A stretch of DNA of 64,000 nt from an uncultured Myxococcales bacterium (GCA_937910285.1 CALEOC010000027.1:6725-70724), one strand, 5' to 3'; positions 18,937 to 28,270 are shown, counted from the stretch's first letter. Numbers and translations are program-made. The notes: generated by a model from the letters alone, not told the origin.

Positions 18937-19334
18937 CACTCGTCGAGTGCGACAAGCGCGGTGCAGGCGCCCGCCTTCGACTCATCGAGTGGTAGGAAGG
19001 CGTGGTAGGCGCCGGTTCTCGACTCATCGAGTGGCAGGAAGGGGTGGTAGACGCCGGTTTTCGACTCATCGAGTGCTAAGAAGGCCTGGCAGGTGCCGGT
19101 CTTCGACTCATCGAGTGCCGAAAACGTCGCGCAGCCGAAGGTTTTTGACTCATCGAGTGGCGAAGAGGCTGCGGAGGCAGCGAATTTTGACTCATCGAGT
19201 GGCGAAGAGGCGGGTTGGGCAGCGAATTTCGACTCATCGAGTGGCGAAGAGGCGGGTTGGGCACCGACCCTTCACTCGATGAGTCGTGTCGGAGCTCGGA
19301 GCTCCGACACGCCTCGACGAAGCTGGAGCTTCGT
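18937..19334. repeat. 42-bp tandem array (8 units) plus inverted core copy and two palindromes
   Basis: The core GACTCATCGAGTG occurs at 18979, 19021, 19063, 19105, 19147, 19189 and 19231, with a degenerate copy at 18937. A reverse-complement core lies at 19273-19285. Palindromes lie at 19286-19310 and 19317-19334. Confidence 0.9.
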
Positions 19335-19516
19335 TCGTCAGACGAAGCCGGAGCTTCATCCTCCATCCCTTCGCGTACCTGGCTCCAAGTTCGCCCACGG
19401 CAGCCTCTCGCGCGATAGGCCGGAGGACCTGCTGTAACGACACCATCCTCGCGGTGGACGCAAACACGAGCATCCGGCAACGATTTGACGGTGAACAGGA
19501 CTTCGAGGGTTTGCAG

Positions 19517-19723
19517 CTAACGCTGCCAGGGGTTGACAACCTCCAGCCCCGGATAGTCGAAATCCCCGACGTTGCGAGTCGCCAGGCGCAGCTCGTGATG
19601 CACGGCCGTGGCAGCGAGCAGGCTGTCGATGCTTGGCATCGGGCGCCCTGCCTTTGCGAGCAGCCGGCCCCAGCAGTCGGCGACTGCCCTGTCCACCGGC
19701 AGCCGCTCGGCCTCTTGCTTCAT
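19517..19723 (-). pseudogene. 5'-truncated PIN-domain (VapC-like) toxin gene remnant
   Basis: The C-terminal half of a PIN domain is clear (LPVDRAVADCWGRLLAKAGRPMPSIDSLLAATAVHHELRLATRNVGDFDYPGLEVVNPW). No N-terminal acidic (DTN-type) segment is present and no antitoxin ORF lies upstream. Confidence 0.55.
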
Positions 19724-19838
19724 GAGCGGTCGGTTGCCCGCCAACCCCGATGCGCGCCCGCCCCAGCGGTGTGGAAAGCCGCGCCCTCGCGGCGCCGCTC
19801 GTGCAAGACTGGACAGTCGAATCCTCTCGGAGGCTGGC

Positions 19839-20636
19839 ATGGGGTCGTGGCTTCGCGTGCTCATTCGTGCGCCCGTCGCTCTCGCCTTTACGCTCGCGGT
19901 GCATTGGTGCGCGCGGCTCCGCGGCGTCCTCGTCTACTGGCGCTGGTGGAGGCGTCGGCCGACCGACCTCATCTCGCTCTGGGCGCGGGGGCTCGCCTGG
20001 ATCATGGGCGTCCGCGTGCGCTGCCGCAGCCGTCCCGAGGGCCCGATGGGCGATCTCATCGTCGCCAACCACATGGGCTTTCTCGACGTCCCGGCGCTGG
20101 GCTCTCTCTTCCCCGCCGTCTTCGTCATCAAAATGGAGATGCGCCGGGTCCTCTACTTCGGCTCCGCGCTCGCCGCGCAAGGGCACGTCTTCGTCGACCG
20201 CGCGAGCAGCGAGTCGAGGCGCTCGGCTCGCGAGGGCGTGCGCGGCGTCCTCGAGGACGGCGATCGCCTCGTCGTCTTCCCCGAAGGAGGCGCGAGCCCC
20301 GAGGCGCTGCGTCCTCCCTTCAAGCCGTTCTGCTTCCACGAAGCCGCACGGCAGGGAAAGCTCGTGCAGGCCTGCGTCATCGACTACCTGCCCGACCGCA
20401 AGGCGCTGCGCTGGGACACCGGCCGCGGGATGCTGCCGCAGCTCGTCGAGCTGTTGGGCCGCAGGCGCACCGAGATCAGCCTCGAGCTGCTGCCCGCCGA
20501 ACGCATCGCGGACCCGGACTCGGCCGCCCAGCGCTACCACGACTTGATAGAGGGCCGGCTCCTCGAATACGACCGCCTCGCCTCGCGCCCCACAGAAGCC
20601 GCAAAGGACGACCATGCAACCCAACAAGCCGCGTAA
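19839..20636 (+). CDS. lysophospholipid/glycerolipid acyltransferase (PlsC/LPLAT family)
   Basis: I start at MGSWLRVLIR (ATG 19839). It has a hydrophobic N-terminus, the HX4D motif (ANHMGFLD) and FPEGG. Confidence 0.8.
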   Translation: MGSWLRVLIRAPVALAFTLAVHWCARLRGVLVYWRWWRRRPTDLISLWARGLAWIMGVRVRCRSRPEGPMGDLIVANHMGFLDVPALGSLFPAVFVIKMEMRRVLYFGSALAAQGHVFVDRASSESRRSAREGVRGVLEDGDRLVVFPEGGASPEALRPPFKPFCFHEAARQGKLVQACVIDYLPDRKALRWDTGRGMLPQLVELLGRRRTEISLELLPAERIADPDSAAQRYHDLIEGRLLEYDRLASRPTEAAKDDHATQQAA

Positions 20637-22341
20637 GCACCAGCCGGGCCTGGTCACCCGCTTCATGGCCCGCCACCTGGAGACCATCCTCTCCATCCCC
20701 GGCTCCAAGCTCTACCGCAGCTTCGTCGCGGCGGCGCGCGACACCCGGGCGACCCAGGAGCGGCTGCTGCGGGAGATCCTCCACTACGCCGGCGACACCG
20801 CCTTCGGGCGCGAGCACCGCTTCGGCGCGGTCGCGACGCCCGAGCAGTTCCGCGCCGCGGTGCCAGTGCGCGACTACGAAGGGCTGCTCCCCTACATCGA
20901 GCGGCACATCAACGGCGAGGCCGGGGTGCTCTTCCCGGGCAAGCCGCTCATGTACAACCAGACGAGCGGCACCACCGCGAAGGCGAAGCTGCTGCCGGTC
21001 TCGCCCTATGCCTTCGAGCGCACCATCAAGAACCGCGGCAAGCTCTGGCTCTACGGGCTGATGCGCGACTTCCCCGGGGTCTACGCCGGCAAGGACTTCA
21101 CCCTCGTCTCGCCCTCGGTCGAGGGCCACACCCCCGACGGCACCCCGTACGGCAGCCTCTCGGGCCTCGTCTACCAGAATATCCCCGAGTTCATAAAGCT
21201 CGTACACACCATCCCGTACAGCGCGATGACCATCGCCGACCACCGGGCCAAGGTCTACACGCTGTTGCGCTGCGCGCTCGGCGCCAACGTCACCATCATC
21301 CTGACCGGCAACCCGTCGACGGTGCTCAACTTCGTGCGCCGCGCCGACGAGGCGAAGGAAGAGCTCATCCGCGACATCCACGACGGGACGCTCGACCCGA
21401 CGCTCGAGCTCGACCCGGCCATCCGCGCTGAGGTCGAGTCGACCCTCGAGCCGGACCCGGAGCGGGCCGCCGAGCTCGAGCGGCTCGCCGGCTCGGCGCA
21501 GCGTTTCACGCCCGCGCTCTACTGGCCGAACCTGAAGCTCGTCCACACCTGGACCAACGGCAACTGCGGCCTGCTCATCCCGAAGCTGCGCGAGTGGTTC
21601 GCGCCCGAAACCCCGATCCTCGACTTCGGATACATCGCCTCGGAGCTCACTGCCACCGACCTCATCGACAAGCAGTCCGGCGGCTCGATCCTGCAGATCC
21701 AGAACGGCTACTACGAGTTCGCGCACGTCGATGACGGCGACTCGCCCGACCGGCGCTTCCTGCTCGCCGACGAGCTCGAGGTCGGAGAGCGCTACTTCAT
21801 CTACGTCACCACGCTCAGCGGGCTGTACCGCTACGAGATGAACGACGTGCTCGAGGTCGTCGGCCACTTCGACACCGCGCCCGTCGTCCGCTTCCTCTAC
21901 AAGGGCAAGGGCATCACCAGCATCACCGGCGAGAAGCTCTCCGAGGATCAGCTCATCGAGGCGATGGCCATCGCCTCGCGCGAGACCGGCGTCGGGTACG
22001 AGTTCTTCATGGGCTACGCCGACGTCGAGAGGCAGCGCTACAGCCTCTACGTCGAGTTCCCGGCCGACACCAGCCCGGCACGCCGGCGCGAGTTTCAGCT
22101 CGCCGTCGACGAGGCCCTCGCGTGCGTCAACGTCGAGTACCGAGCCAAGAGGGCGAGCGAACGGCTCGCACCGCTCGAGCTGCTGCCGCTGCGCCGGGAT
22201 TCCTTCGAGCGCTATCGCGCCCTGCGCCTCGCCGAGGGCGCTCACGACGGGCAGTTCAAGTGGATGCATCTGTCCGGGCTCGACCACACCCGAGAGCGGA
22301 TGGACCAGCTCGTCGAGGGTTCGATCCGGAAAGCGTCGTGA
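20614..22341 (+). CDS. GH3-family adenylate-forming (acyl acid-amido synthetase-like) protein
   Basis: The N-terminal region resembles bacterial GH3 proteins (TQERLLREILHYAGDTAFGREHRF...FRAAVPVRDYEGLLPYIERHINGE...LMYNQTSGTTAKAKLLPV). Length is 575 aa. It overlaps the acyltransferase stop by 23 nt; an alternative ATG lies at 20665. Confidence 0.8.
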   Translation: MQPNKPRKHQPGLVTRFMARHLETILSIPGSKLYRSFVAAARDTRATQERLLREILHYAGDTAFGREHRFGAVATPEQFRAAVPVRDYEGLLPYIERHINGEAGVLFPGKPLMYNQTSGTTAKAKLLPVSPYAFERTIKNRGKLWLYGLMRDFPGVYAGKDFTLVSPSVEGHTPDGTPYGSLSGLVYQNIPEFIKLVHTIPYSAMTIADHRAKVYTLLRCALGANVTIILTGNPSTVLNFVRRADEAKEELIRDIHDGTLDPTLELDPAIRAEVESTLEPDPERAAELERLAGSAQRFTPALYWPNLKLVHTWTNGNCGLLIPKLREWFAPETPILDFGYIASELTATDLIDKQSGGSILQIQNGYYEFAHVDDGDSPDRRFLLADELEVGERYFIYVTTLSGLYRYEMNDVLEVVGHFDTAPVVRFLYKGKGITSITGEKLSEDQLIEAMAIASRETGVGYEFFMGYADVERQRYSLYVEFPADTSPARRREFQLAVDEALACVNVEYRAKRASERLAPLELLPLRRDSFERYRALRLAEGAHDGQFKWMHLSGLDHTRERMDQLVEGSIRKAS

Positions 22342-23063
22342 CCTTCTGCTCCATCGAGGGCGTCCTGTTCGACCTCGACGGGACGCTCTACGCCCACTCG
22401 AGGCGGCTCAAGCTGCGCATCGTGCTCGCCTGCCTGCGCGACCTCGCGCCCCTCCGCAGGCTGCCTTCGGTGCGGCGCGAGCTCGCCGGCCGCCTCTTCG
22501 AGAGCGAAGCGGCGTTGCTCGAGGAGCACCACCGCCTGCTCGCGGCTCGTTCGGGCGTCTCGCCCGAGCGCGCGCGGCGCTTCTACGAGGAGCGCTTCAT
22601 GCCCGCGTTCGTCGAGGTCTTGCGCCGTCACGCCCGGCCGCGCCCCGGCCTGGTCGAGCAGCTTCGCGAGCTCGCCGCGCGCGGGGTCGCCTGCTGCGTG
22701 CTGTCCGACCACGGCCAGGTCGAGCAGCGGCTCGAGGCGCTGGGGATCGATGCGCGGCTCTTTCGCGCTTGTGCCTCTTCGGCCTCAAGCGGCGCGTTCA
22801 AGCCCGCGCCCGCCTCGTTTCTGCAGATGGCAGAGCGCTGCGGCATTCCCCCGTCGCGCTGGCTCGTCGTCGGAGACCGCCCGGACACCGACGCGGCGGG
22901 CGCCGCGGCGGCCGGCATGGCGTTTCTCGGCGTCTGCGACCGGCCGATCGTTGTGCCGGACTTCCAACCGTGGCCGCGGGTGCTGGAGCGCCTCTCGGAG
23001 ATCGGGCGGCATGTCGGCAAAGACGCCGGAGAGATCACTCCCCGCGCAGCCGCCGAGTCGTAG
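22338..23063 (+). CDS. HAD-superfamily hydrolase
   Basis: The GTG start overlaps the GH3 stop (GTGA). HAD motif I is VLFDLDGTLY. A later VVGDRPDTD motif is also present. Confidence 0.75.
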   Translation: MTFCSIEGVLFDLDGTLYAHSRRLKLRIVLACLRDLAPLRRLPSVRRELAGRLFESEAALLEEHHRLLAARSGVSPERARRFYEERFMPAFVEVLRRHARPRPGLVEQLRELAARGVACCVLSDHGQVEQRLEALGIDARLFRACASSASSGAFKPAPASFLQMAERCGIPPSRWLVVGDRPDTDAAGAAAAGMAFLGVCDRPIVVPDFQPWPRVLERLSEIGRHVGKDAGEITPRAAAES

Positions 23064-23107
23064 TCCGCGAAGTCCGGGGGCGCTCTGCCCGGCGTGAAGG
23101 AAACCCC

Positions 23108-24292
23108 ATGCACCAGTCCTCAGACGCGCAGCCGCCCCCTCCTCCCGGCGCCGGCGCACGTCGCTCTCGACGCCACCTGCTCCACCGCGGGCTGCGCAGC
23201 CGTCCCGGGCGCGCGGCCCTGACGCTCTCCGGAGTCGCCGCCAGCGCCCTGCTCGTCCTGGTGCTGCTCGCCGCCTACCGCGGCCTGGGCGCGAGCGTCG
23301 CCAGCTACACCGGCCAGCCGGACATCGACCTCTGGGTCGGTCCCCAAGGCGTCGACAACCTCATCCGCTCCTCCGCGATGCTCTTGCCCGAGCAGATCTC
23401 GGACGTGCAGGAGATCGAAGGCCTGCGGGCCGAGCCGCTGGTGCGCGGCTTCGTCCCCGTCGAGGGCGCGCCGGACGAGGACGGCAAGCCGCGCTCGATG
23501 CTGCTGCTCGCCATCGGCTACCGCATCCCCGACGGCCTCGGCGGACCTCCGCAGGTCGCCGAGGGCCAGCGACCGGCCGGGCCCCAGGAGGTGGCGCTCG
23601 ACCGCGCCGCGGCGTACCGGCTGGGCCTGAAGGTCGGCGACGAGATGAAGGTCGGCGGGCAGACCGTGAAGCTGGTCGGCCTCACGCGCGAGACCAACCT
23701 GCTCTCGACCCAGCTGCTCTTCTGCGACGTCGCGGCGCTCCAGCAGGCGATGGGCTTGGAGGGGCGCGCCTCCTTCGTCGCCGTCCGCGTCGAGGACGGG
23801 CGCGACCCCAAGGAGGTCGCCCGGCAAATCGAGGAGGAGACGCCCGGCGGCGCGGCCTGGGAGCGGCAGGTCTTCGTCGAGAACAGCGTCCGCGAGATCA
23901 CCACCGGCATCGTCCCGCTGCTCTTCCTCATCGCCGGGCTGGGCGCGGCGATGGCCGCGGTGCTCGTCGCCCTGCTCGTCAACGGGCTCATCGAGGAGCG
24001 GCGGCCGGAGATAGGCGTGCTGCTGGCGATGGGCACATCGGCCTTCGCGGTCGGCGGCGCCGTGCTGTGCCACATCCTCACCCTGGTGATCATCGGCGCG
24101 CTGACCGGCACCGCGCTCGCCCTCGGGCTCGACGCCGCGCTCGACCGCTGGGTGCCGACCATCGAGCTGGCGAGCGCTCCATCCGACTGCCTCGTGGCCG
24201 CGCTGCTCTTCTCCGTCTCGGGCACGCTCGCCGCGCTCTTCCCCGTCGCCATGCTCTCGAGAATCGACCCGCTGGAGGCCTTCCGCTCGTGA
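23108..24292 (+). CDS. ABC transporter permease, FtsX/MacB-like
   Basis: I start at MHQSSDAQ (ATG 23108). It has an N-terminal TM helix, a large extracytoplasmic domain and a C-terminal FtsX-type three-helix bundle ending ...LSRIDPLEAFRS. Confidence 0.75.
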   Translation: MHQSSDAQPPPPPGAGARRSRRHLLHRGLRSRPGRAALTLSGVAASALLVLVLLAAYRGLGASVASYTGQPDIDLWVGPQGVDNLIRSSAMLLPEQISDVQEIEGLRAEPLVRGFVPVEGAPDEDGKPRSMLLLAIGYRIPDGLGGPPQVAEGQRPAGPQEVALDRAAAYRLGLKVGDEMKVGGQTVKLVGLTRETNLLSTQLLFCDVAALQQAMGLEGRASFVAVRVEDGRDPKEVARQIEEETPGGAAWERQVFVENSVREITTGIVPLLFLIAGLGAAMAAVLVALLVNGLIEERRPEIGVLLAMGTSAFAVGGAVLCHILTLVIIGALTGTALALGLDAALDRWVPTIELASAPSDCLVAALLFSVSGTLAALFPVAMLSRIDPLEAFRS

Positions 24293-25008
24293 CTGCCGCG
24301 CTCATCCTGAAGGACGTCTCCAAAGCGAGGGGCTCGGGCCCACAGGCGACGCAGGCGCTCGTCGAGGTCTCGCTGCACATCGAGCCCGGCGAGGTGCTCG
24401 CGCTCCAGGGTCCAAGCGGCGCGGGCAAGACGACGCTGCTGTCGGTGGCCGGCGGGCTGCTCGAAGCGGACGCGGGCGAGGTCGTCCTCGCCGGCCGCCC
24501 GCTCGGCGGCGACCGCGCTGCCGACCGGGCGCACCGGGCGCGCTCGGTGGGGTTCGTCTTCCAGCGCCCGAACCTGCTCTCGCGGCTCACCGTGCGCGAG
24601 AACGTGCTGCTCGCCGCCGCCATGGCGGGGCTCTCGACCGACCAGGCGGAGCGCGAAGCCGCCTCGCTGCTCGACGCGCTCGGGCTTCAAGGCCTCGCCA
24701 GTCGGCTGCCCGACCAGCTCTCCGGCGGCCAGGAGCAGCGCTGCGCGGTGGCGCGGGCGCTCATCCATCGACCGGCGGTCTTGCTCGCCGACGAGCCGAC
24801 CGGCAGCCTCGATTCGAAGTCCGGCGCGCGGGTCGCCGAGCAGCTCCTCTCCATCGCCAAGGAGCGCGGCGCCGCGGTGGTCATCGCGACCCACGACGAC
24901 GGGCTGGCCGCGCGCTGCGAGCGCCGGGTGCGCATCGTCGACGGCCGGCTCGAGGAGGAGCAGCCCCGCCGACCCGAGGAGACGCGGCCGACGGGGACCG
25001 GAGCGTAG
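24289..25008 (+). CDS. ABC transporter ATP-binding protein (LolD/MacB-type)
   Basis: The GTG start overlaps the permease stop (GTGA). Motifs: Walker A GPSGAGKTT, signature LSGGQEQR, Walker B VLLADEPT. Confidence 0.9.
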   Translation: MTAALILKDVSKARGSGPQATQALVEVSLHIEPGEVLALQGPSGAGKTTLLSVAGGLLEADAGEVVLAGRPLGGDRAADRAHRARSVGFVFQRPNLLSRLTVRENVLLAAAMAGLSTDQAEREAASLLDALGLQGLASRLPDQLSGGQEQRCAVARALIHRPAVLLADEPTGSLDSKSGARVAEQLLSIAKERGAAVVIATHDDGLAARCERRVRIVDGRLEEEQPRRPEETRPTGTGA

Positions 25009-25081
25009 CGAGGCCGGATCCGGCCGAGCAGATCCGCCGCGGCTGCCGAAGAGCTGCCGGAAGCGACTGGAGACCTTCCCG

Positions 25082-25396
25082 ATGATCCCTGTCGAAGAGC
25101 TCATCCGTTCGAAGCTCGCGCTTCTCCTCTGGTCGGAGAACGGAGAGGGAGAGGACGAGGCGGCCGTCTTCGTCGGCAAGGTCGTTCGCTCCGGCGAACG
25201 GCTCTCGTTTCAGGGCCAGGACGGGGCCTCGCTCGAGCTCGAGGAGGAGTGGCTGAGCCGCATCAAGCCTGTCGACGCCAAGCTCGCCGACATCCTCATG
25301 AATGCGGACTACTTCCTGCCGCTGTCCGTCGGCCCGCTGCCTCCCGGCCTGTCCGCTTCCGACTTCCTGCGCACCGGCCTGCGCTGGCCCGATTGA
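25082..25396 (+). CDS. hypothetical small acidic protein
   Basis: A 104-aa ORF of ordinary, non-Arg-rich composition lies 73 nt downstream of the ABC ATPase on the same strand. No family was recognised. Confidence 0.5.
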   Translation: MIPVEELIRSKLALLLWSENGEGEDEAAVFVGKVVRSGERLSFQGQDGASLELEEEWLSRIKPVDAKLADILMNADYFLPLSVGPLPPGLSASDFLRTGLRWPD

Positions 25397-25422
25397 CGCG
25401 GACGAAAGCCGAGCCGCGAAGT

Positions 25423-26835
25423 TCACTCCAGCTTCAGCTCGGCCACCAACGCCTGCAGCACCTTCTTCGCGTCGCCGAAGATCATCGAGGCGTTGGGCGC
25501 CTCGAACAGCTCGTTCTTGACCCCCGCGTAGCCCGAGCCGAGCGAGCGCTTCACGATGAAGACCGTCTTGGCGTTGTAGACCTGGACGATGGGCATTCCA
25601 TAGATGGGGCTGTCTTTCCTCGTCTCGGCCGCCGGGTTGACTACGTCGTTGGCGCCGAGCACCAGCGCGACGTCGGTGTCCTTGAGGTCCGGGTTGATCT
25701 GCTCCATCTCGACGAGCTTCTCGTAGGGCACCTCGGCCTCGGCGAGCAGGACGTTCATGTGCCCGGGCATCCGGCCGGCGACCGGGTGGATGGCGAAGCT
25801 GACGCGGGCGCCACGCTGCTCGAGCAGATCGGCGAGCTCGCGGGTGGCGTGCTGCGCCTGGGAGACCGCGAGCCCGTAGCCGGGGACGATGACCACCGAG
25901 CCGGCCGCCTCGAGCACCATCGCCGCCTCCTCGGGCGTCGCCGCGCGCACGTTCTGGTACTCCTCGGTCCCGGTCGGCGCGCCGACCTCGCCACCGAAGC
26001 CTCCGAGCACGACGCTCGGCAACGAGCGGTTCATCGCCTTGCACATGATGCGCGTGAGGATGAGCCCGGCCGCGCCGACGAGCGCGCCGGCGATGATCAG
26101 CAGGAGGTTGCCGACGACGAAGCCGGTCGCCGCGGCGGCGAGGCCCGAGTACGAGTTGAGCAGCGAGACGACGACGGGCATGTCCGCGCCGCCGATGGGG
26201 ACGACCAGCAGAACCCCGAGCACGAGCGAGGCGCAGACCAAGCCGATCAACACCTTCGCGCCGAGCGTCGCTTGCCCGGCCGAGAACGCGAAGAAGCCGA
26301 TAGCCCCAAGGCTGGCGAGGAGGAGCGCGAGCGCGAGCAAATGCAGCCCGGGGAACGAGCGCGGCTTGCCGGAGAGGGCACCGCTCAGCTTGCCGAACGC
26401 GACGAGGCTGCCGGAGAAGGTGAGCGCGCCGATGAGCGCCGAGAGGCCGATCGTCGCCGCCCCGGCGGCATCGGGCGCAGCAACGGCGGGCGGCTCGACG
26501 ATGTCGGACCAGTAGACCGACAGCGCCACCAGCGCCGAGGCCGCGCCGCCGAAGCCGTTGAGCAGCGCGACGAGCTCGGGCATCCCGGTCATCTTCACGC
26601 GGTAGGCGGCGAGCGCTCCGACGGCCGCGCCGACGACGAGGCCGCCGACTATCCAGCGGTAGTCCACCCGGCCAAGCTCGACGAGCGTGCCGACCACCGC
26701 GAGCAGCATCCCGGTCGCGGCGATGGCGTTGCCCCGGCGCGCGGTGCGCACCTTCGAGAGCCGCATCAACCCGAGGATGAAGAGGACCGCCGAGAGCAGG
26801 TAGACGAGCGCGACGACGACCGTCCGGGCGTTCAT
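25423..26835 (-). CDS. pntB: NAD(P) transhydrogenase subunit beta
   Basis: Multi-helix N-terminal membrane domain plus C-terminal dIII (VIVPGYGLAVSQAQH...FAIHPVAGRMPGHMNVLLAEA...LVLGANDVVNP). Confidence 0.95.
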   Translation of the reverse strand: MNARTVVVALVYLLSAVLFILGLMRLSKVRTARRGNAIAATGMLLAVVGTLVELGRVDYRWIVGGLVVGAAVGALAAYRVKMTGMPELVALLNGFGGAASALVALSVYWSDIVEPPAVAAPDAAGAATIGLSALIGALTFSGSLVAFGKLSGALSGKPRSFPGLHLLALALLLASLGAIGFFAFSAGQATLGAKVLIGLVCASLVLGVLLVVPIGGADMPVVVSLLNSYSGLAAAATGFVVGNLLLIIAGALVGAAGLILTRIMCKAMNRSLPSVVLGGFGGEVGAPTGTEEYQNVRAATPEEAAMVLEAAGSVVIVPGYGLAVSQAQHATRELADLLEQRGARVSFAIHPVAGRMPGHMNVLLAEAEVPYEKLVEMEQINPDLKDTDVALVLGANDVVNPAAETRKDSPIYGMPIVQVYNAKTVFIVKRSLGSGYAGVKNELFEAPNASMIFGDAKKVLQALVAELKLE

Positions 26836-27116
26836 CGCTTTCTCCCGAACATGCGCAGCATCCGGTCGGTCACGAGAAAGCCGCCGACGACGTTGACCGT
26901 CGCCAGGGCGATGGCGAGGGCGCCGAGCAGGTTGCCCGTCGACACCTCGGCGGTGCGCGCGCTGAGCAGCGCGCCGACGATGGTGATGCCGCTGATGGCG
27001 TTCGCCCCGGACATCAGCGGGGTGTGCAGCGTAGGCGGGACTTTGGCGATCACCTCGAAGCCGACGAACGCCGCGAGGACGAAGACGTAGAGGCCGACCA
27101 GGTACGGGCCCATCAC
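26832..27116 (-). CDS. pntAB: NAD(P) transhydrogenase subunit alpha, part 2 (membrane)
   Basis: A 94-aa three-helix protein (...HTPLMSGANAISGI...VNVVGGFLVTDRML). It has 4-nt overlaps with both neighbours. Confidence 0.85.
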   Translation of the reverse strand: MMGPYLVGLYVFVLAAFVGFEVIAKVPPTLHTPLMSGANAISGITIVGALLSARTAEVSTGNLLGALAIALATVNVVGGFLVTDRMLRMFGRKR

Positions 27117-28270
27117 TCTGCGCCTCCTTCGAGCAGGGCTGCGACGGCCGCGTTCTTCACCTCGCCGCCGTGCGTCAGCAGCATCGCGGCGACGATGGGG
27201 TCCTCGAGATCCAGGCGCACCTCGCCCTTGCTGGCGACGAGCAGCACGACCTCGAGCACGTTGCGCGCGTAGAGCGCGCTCGCGTCGGCGGCGACCGTCG
27301 CCGGCAGGTTGGTGCGGCCGATGATGAGCACGCCGCCACGCTCGACGTCCTGCCCAGGGACGGTCAGCTCGCAGTTGCCGCCCTGCTCCGCGGCGAGGTC
27401 GACGATCACCGCGCCGGGGCGCATCGCCTCGACCATCTCCGCGGTGATGAGGGTGGGCGCGGGCTTGCCGGGAACCTGGGCGGTGGCGATGGCCGCGTCG
27501 GCCTTGGCGAGGTGCGCCTTCAGGATTTCGCGCTGGCGGCTCAGAAACTCGGCGCTTGCTTGGCGCGCATAGCCACCGGCCGTCTCGGCCTGCTCCAGCT
27601 CCGGCAGCTCGATGAAGCGCGCCCCGAGCGACTGGACCTGCTCCCGGACCGCCGGCCGCACGTCGGAGACCTCGACGACGGCGCCCAGCCGGTGCGCGGT
27701 GGCGACCGCCTGCAGCCCGGCGACGCCGGCTCCGAGCACGACGAAACGGGCAGGCTGCACCGTACCCGCGGCGGTCATCATCAGCGGGAGCTGTTTGTCG
27801 AGGTGGGTGGCGGCGAGCAGGGCGGCCTTATAGCCAGCGAGGCTCGCCTGCGAGGAGAGCGCGTCGATGCGCTGGGCGCGGCTGATGCGCGGGACGAGCT
27901 CCATGGCGAGCGCGCTCACCCCGCGCCGCGCCAAGGTCCGGACCGTCTCGAGAGTGCGGAACGGATCGAGCAGGCCGACGACGACCGCTCCCTCCTGGAG
28001 CAGGCTCGCCTCGTCGCCCAGCTCCTCGCTGTGAAACGGCGAGGAGACTCGAAGCGCGAGGTCCGCGCCAAGGAGAGCGCGCCGCGGGTCGGTCGCCAGC
28101 GCGGCGCCGGCCTCCTCGTAGCGCTGGTCGGGGATGTGCGCGCCCGCCCCCGCGCCCGCCTCGACCACGACCGAGAGCCCTTCTTTGACCATCCGCCTGA
28201 CCGTCTCGGGGGTGGCAGCGACCCGCCTCTCGCCCGGCCGGCGTTCCCGGAGAACGACCACGCTCGACAT
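27113..28270 (-). CDS. pntAA: NAD(P) transhydrogenase subunit alpha, part 1 (dI, alanine dehydrogenase-like)
   Basis: I start at MSSVVVLRERRPGERRVAATPE (ATG complement 28268-28270). The Rossmann motif is VVLGAGVAGLQA. Confidence 0.9.
   Translation of the reverse strand: MSSVVVLRERRPGERRVAATPETVRRMVKEGLSVVVEAGAGAGAHIPDQRYEEAGAALATDPRRALLGADLALRVSSPFHSEELGDEASLLQEGAVVVGLLDPFRTLETVRTLARRGVSALAMELVPRISRAQRIDALSSQASLAGYKAALLAATHLDKQLPLMMTAAGTVQPARFVVLGAGVAGLQAVATAHRLGAVVEVSDVRPAVREQVQSLGARFIELPELEQAETAGGYARQASAEFLSRQREILKAHLAKADAAIATAQVPGKPAPTLITAEMVEAMRPGAVIVDLAAEQGGNCELTVPGQDVERGGVLIIGRTNLPATVAADASALYARNVLEVVLLVASKGEVRLDLEDPIVAAMLLTHGGEVKNAAVAALLEGGAE

Noticed and set aside
18937-19334. CRISPR array. 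A short 13-17-nt conserved core separated by 25-29-nt segments at a fixed 42-bp period looks superficially like repeats and spacers.
   Set aside because: The 'spacers' are clearly variants of one another (for example GCGAAGAGGCGGGTTGGGCAGCGAATTT occurs twice). The repeat is much shorter than CRISPR repeats. No cas genes or leader are present in the window. It is a degenerating tandem repeat.
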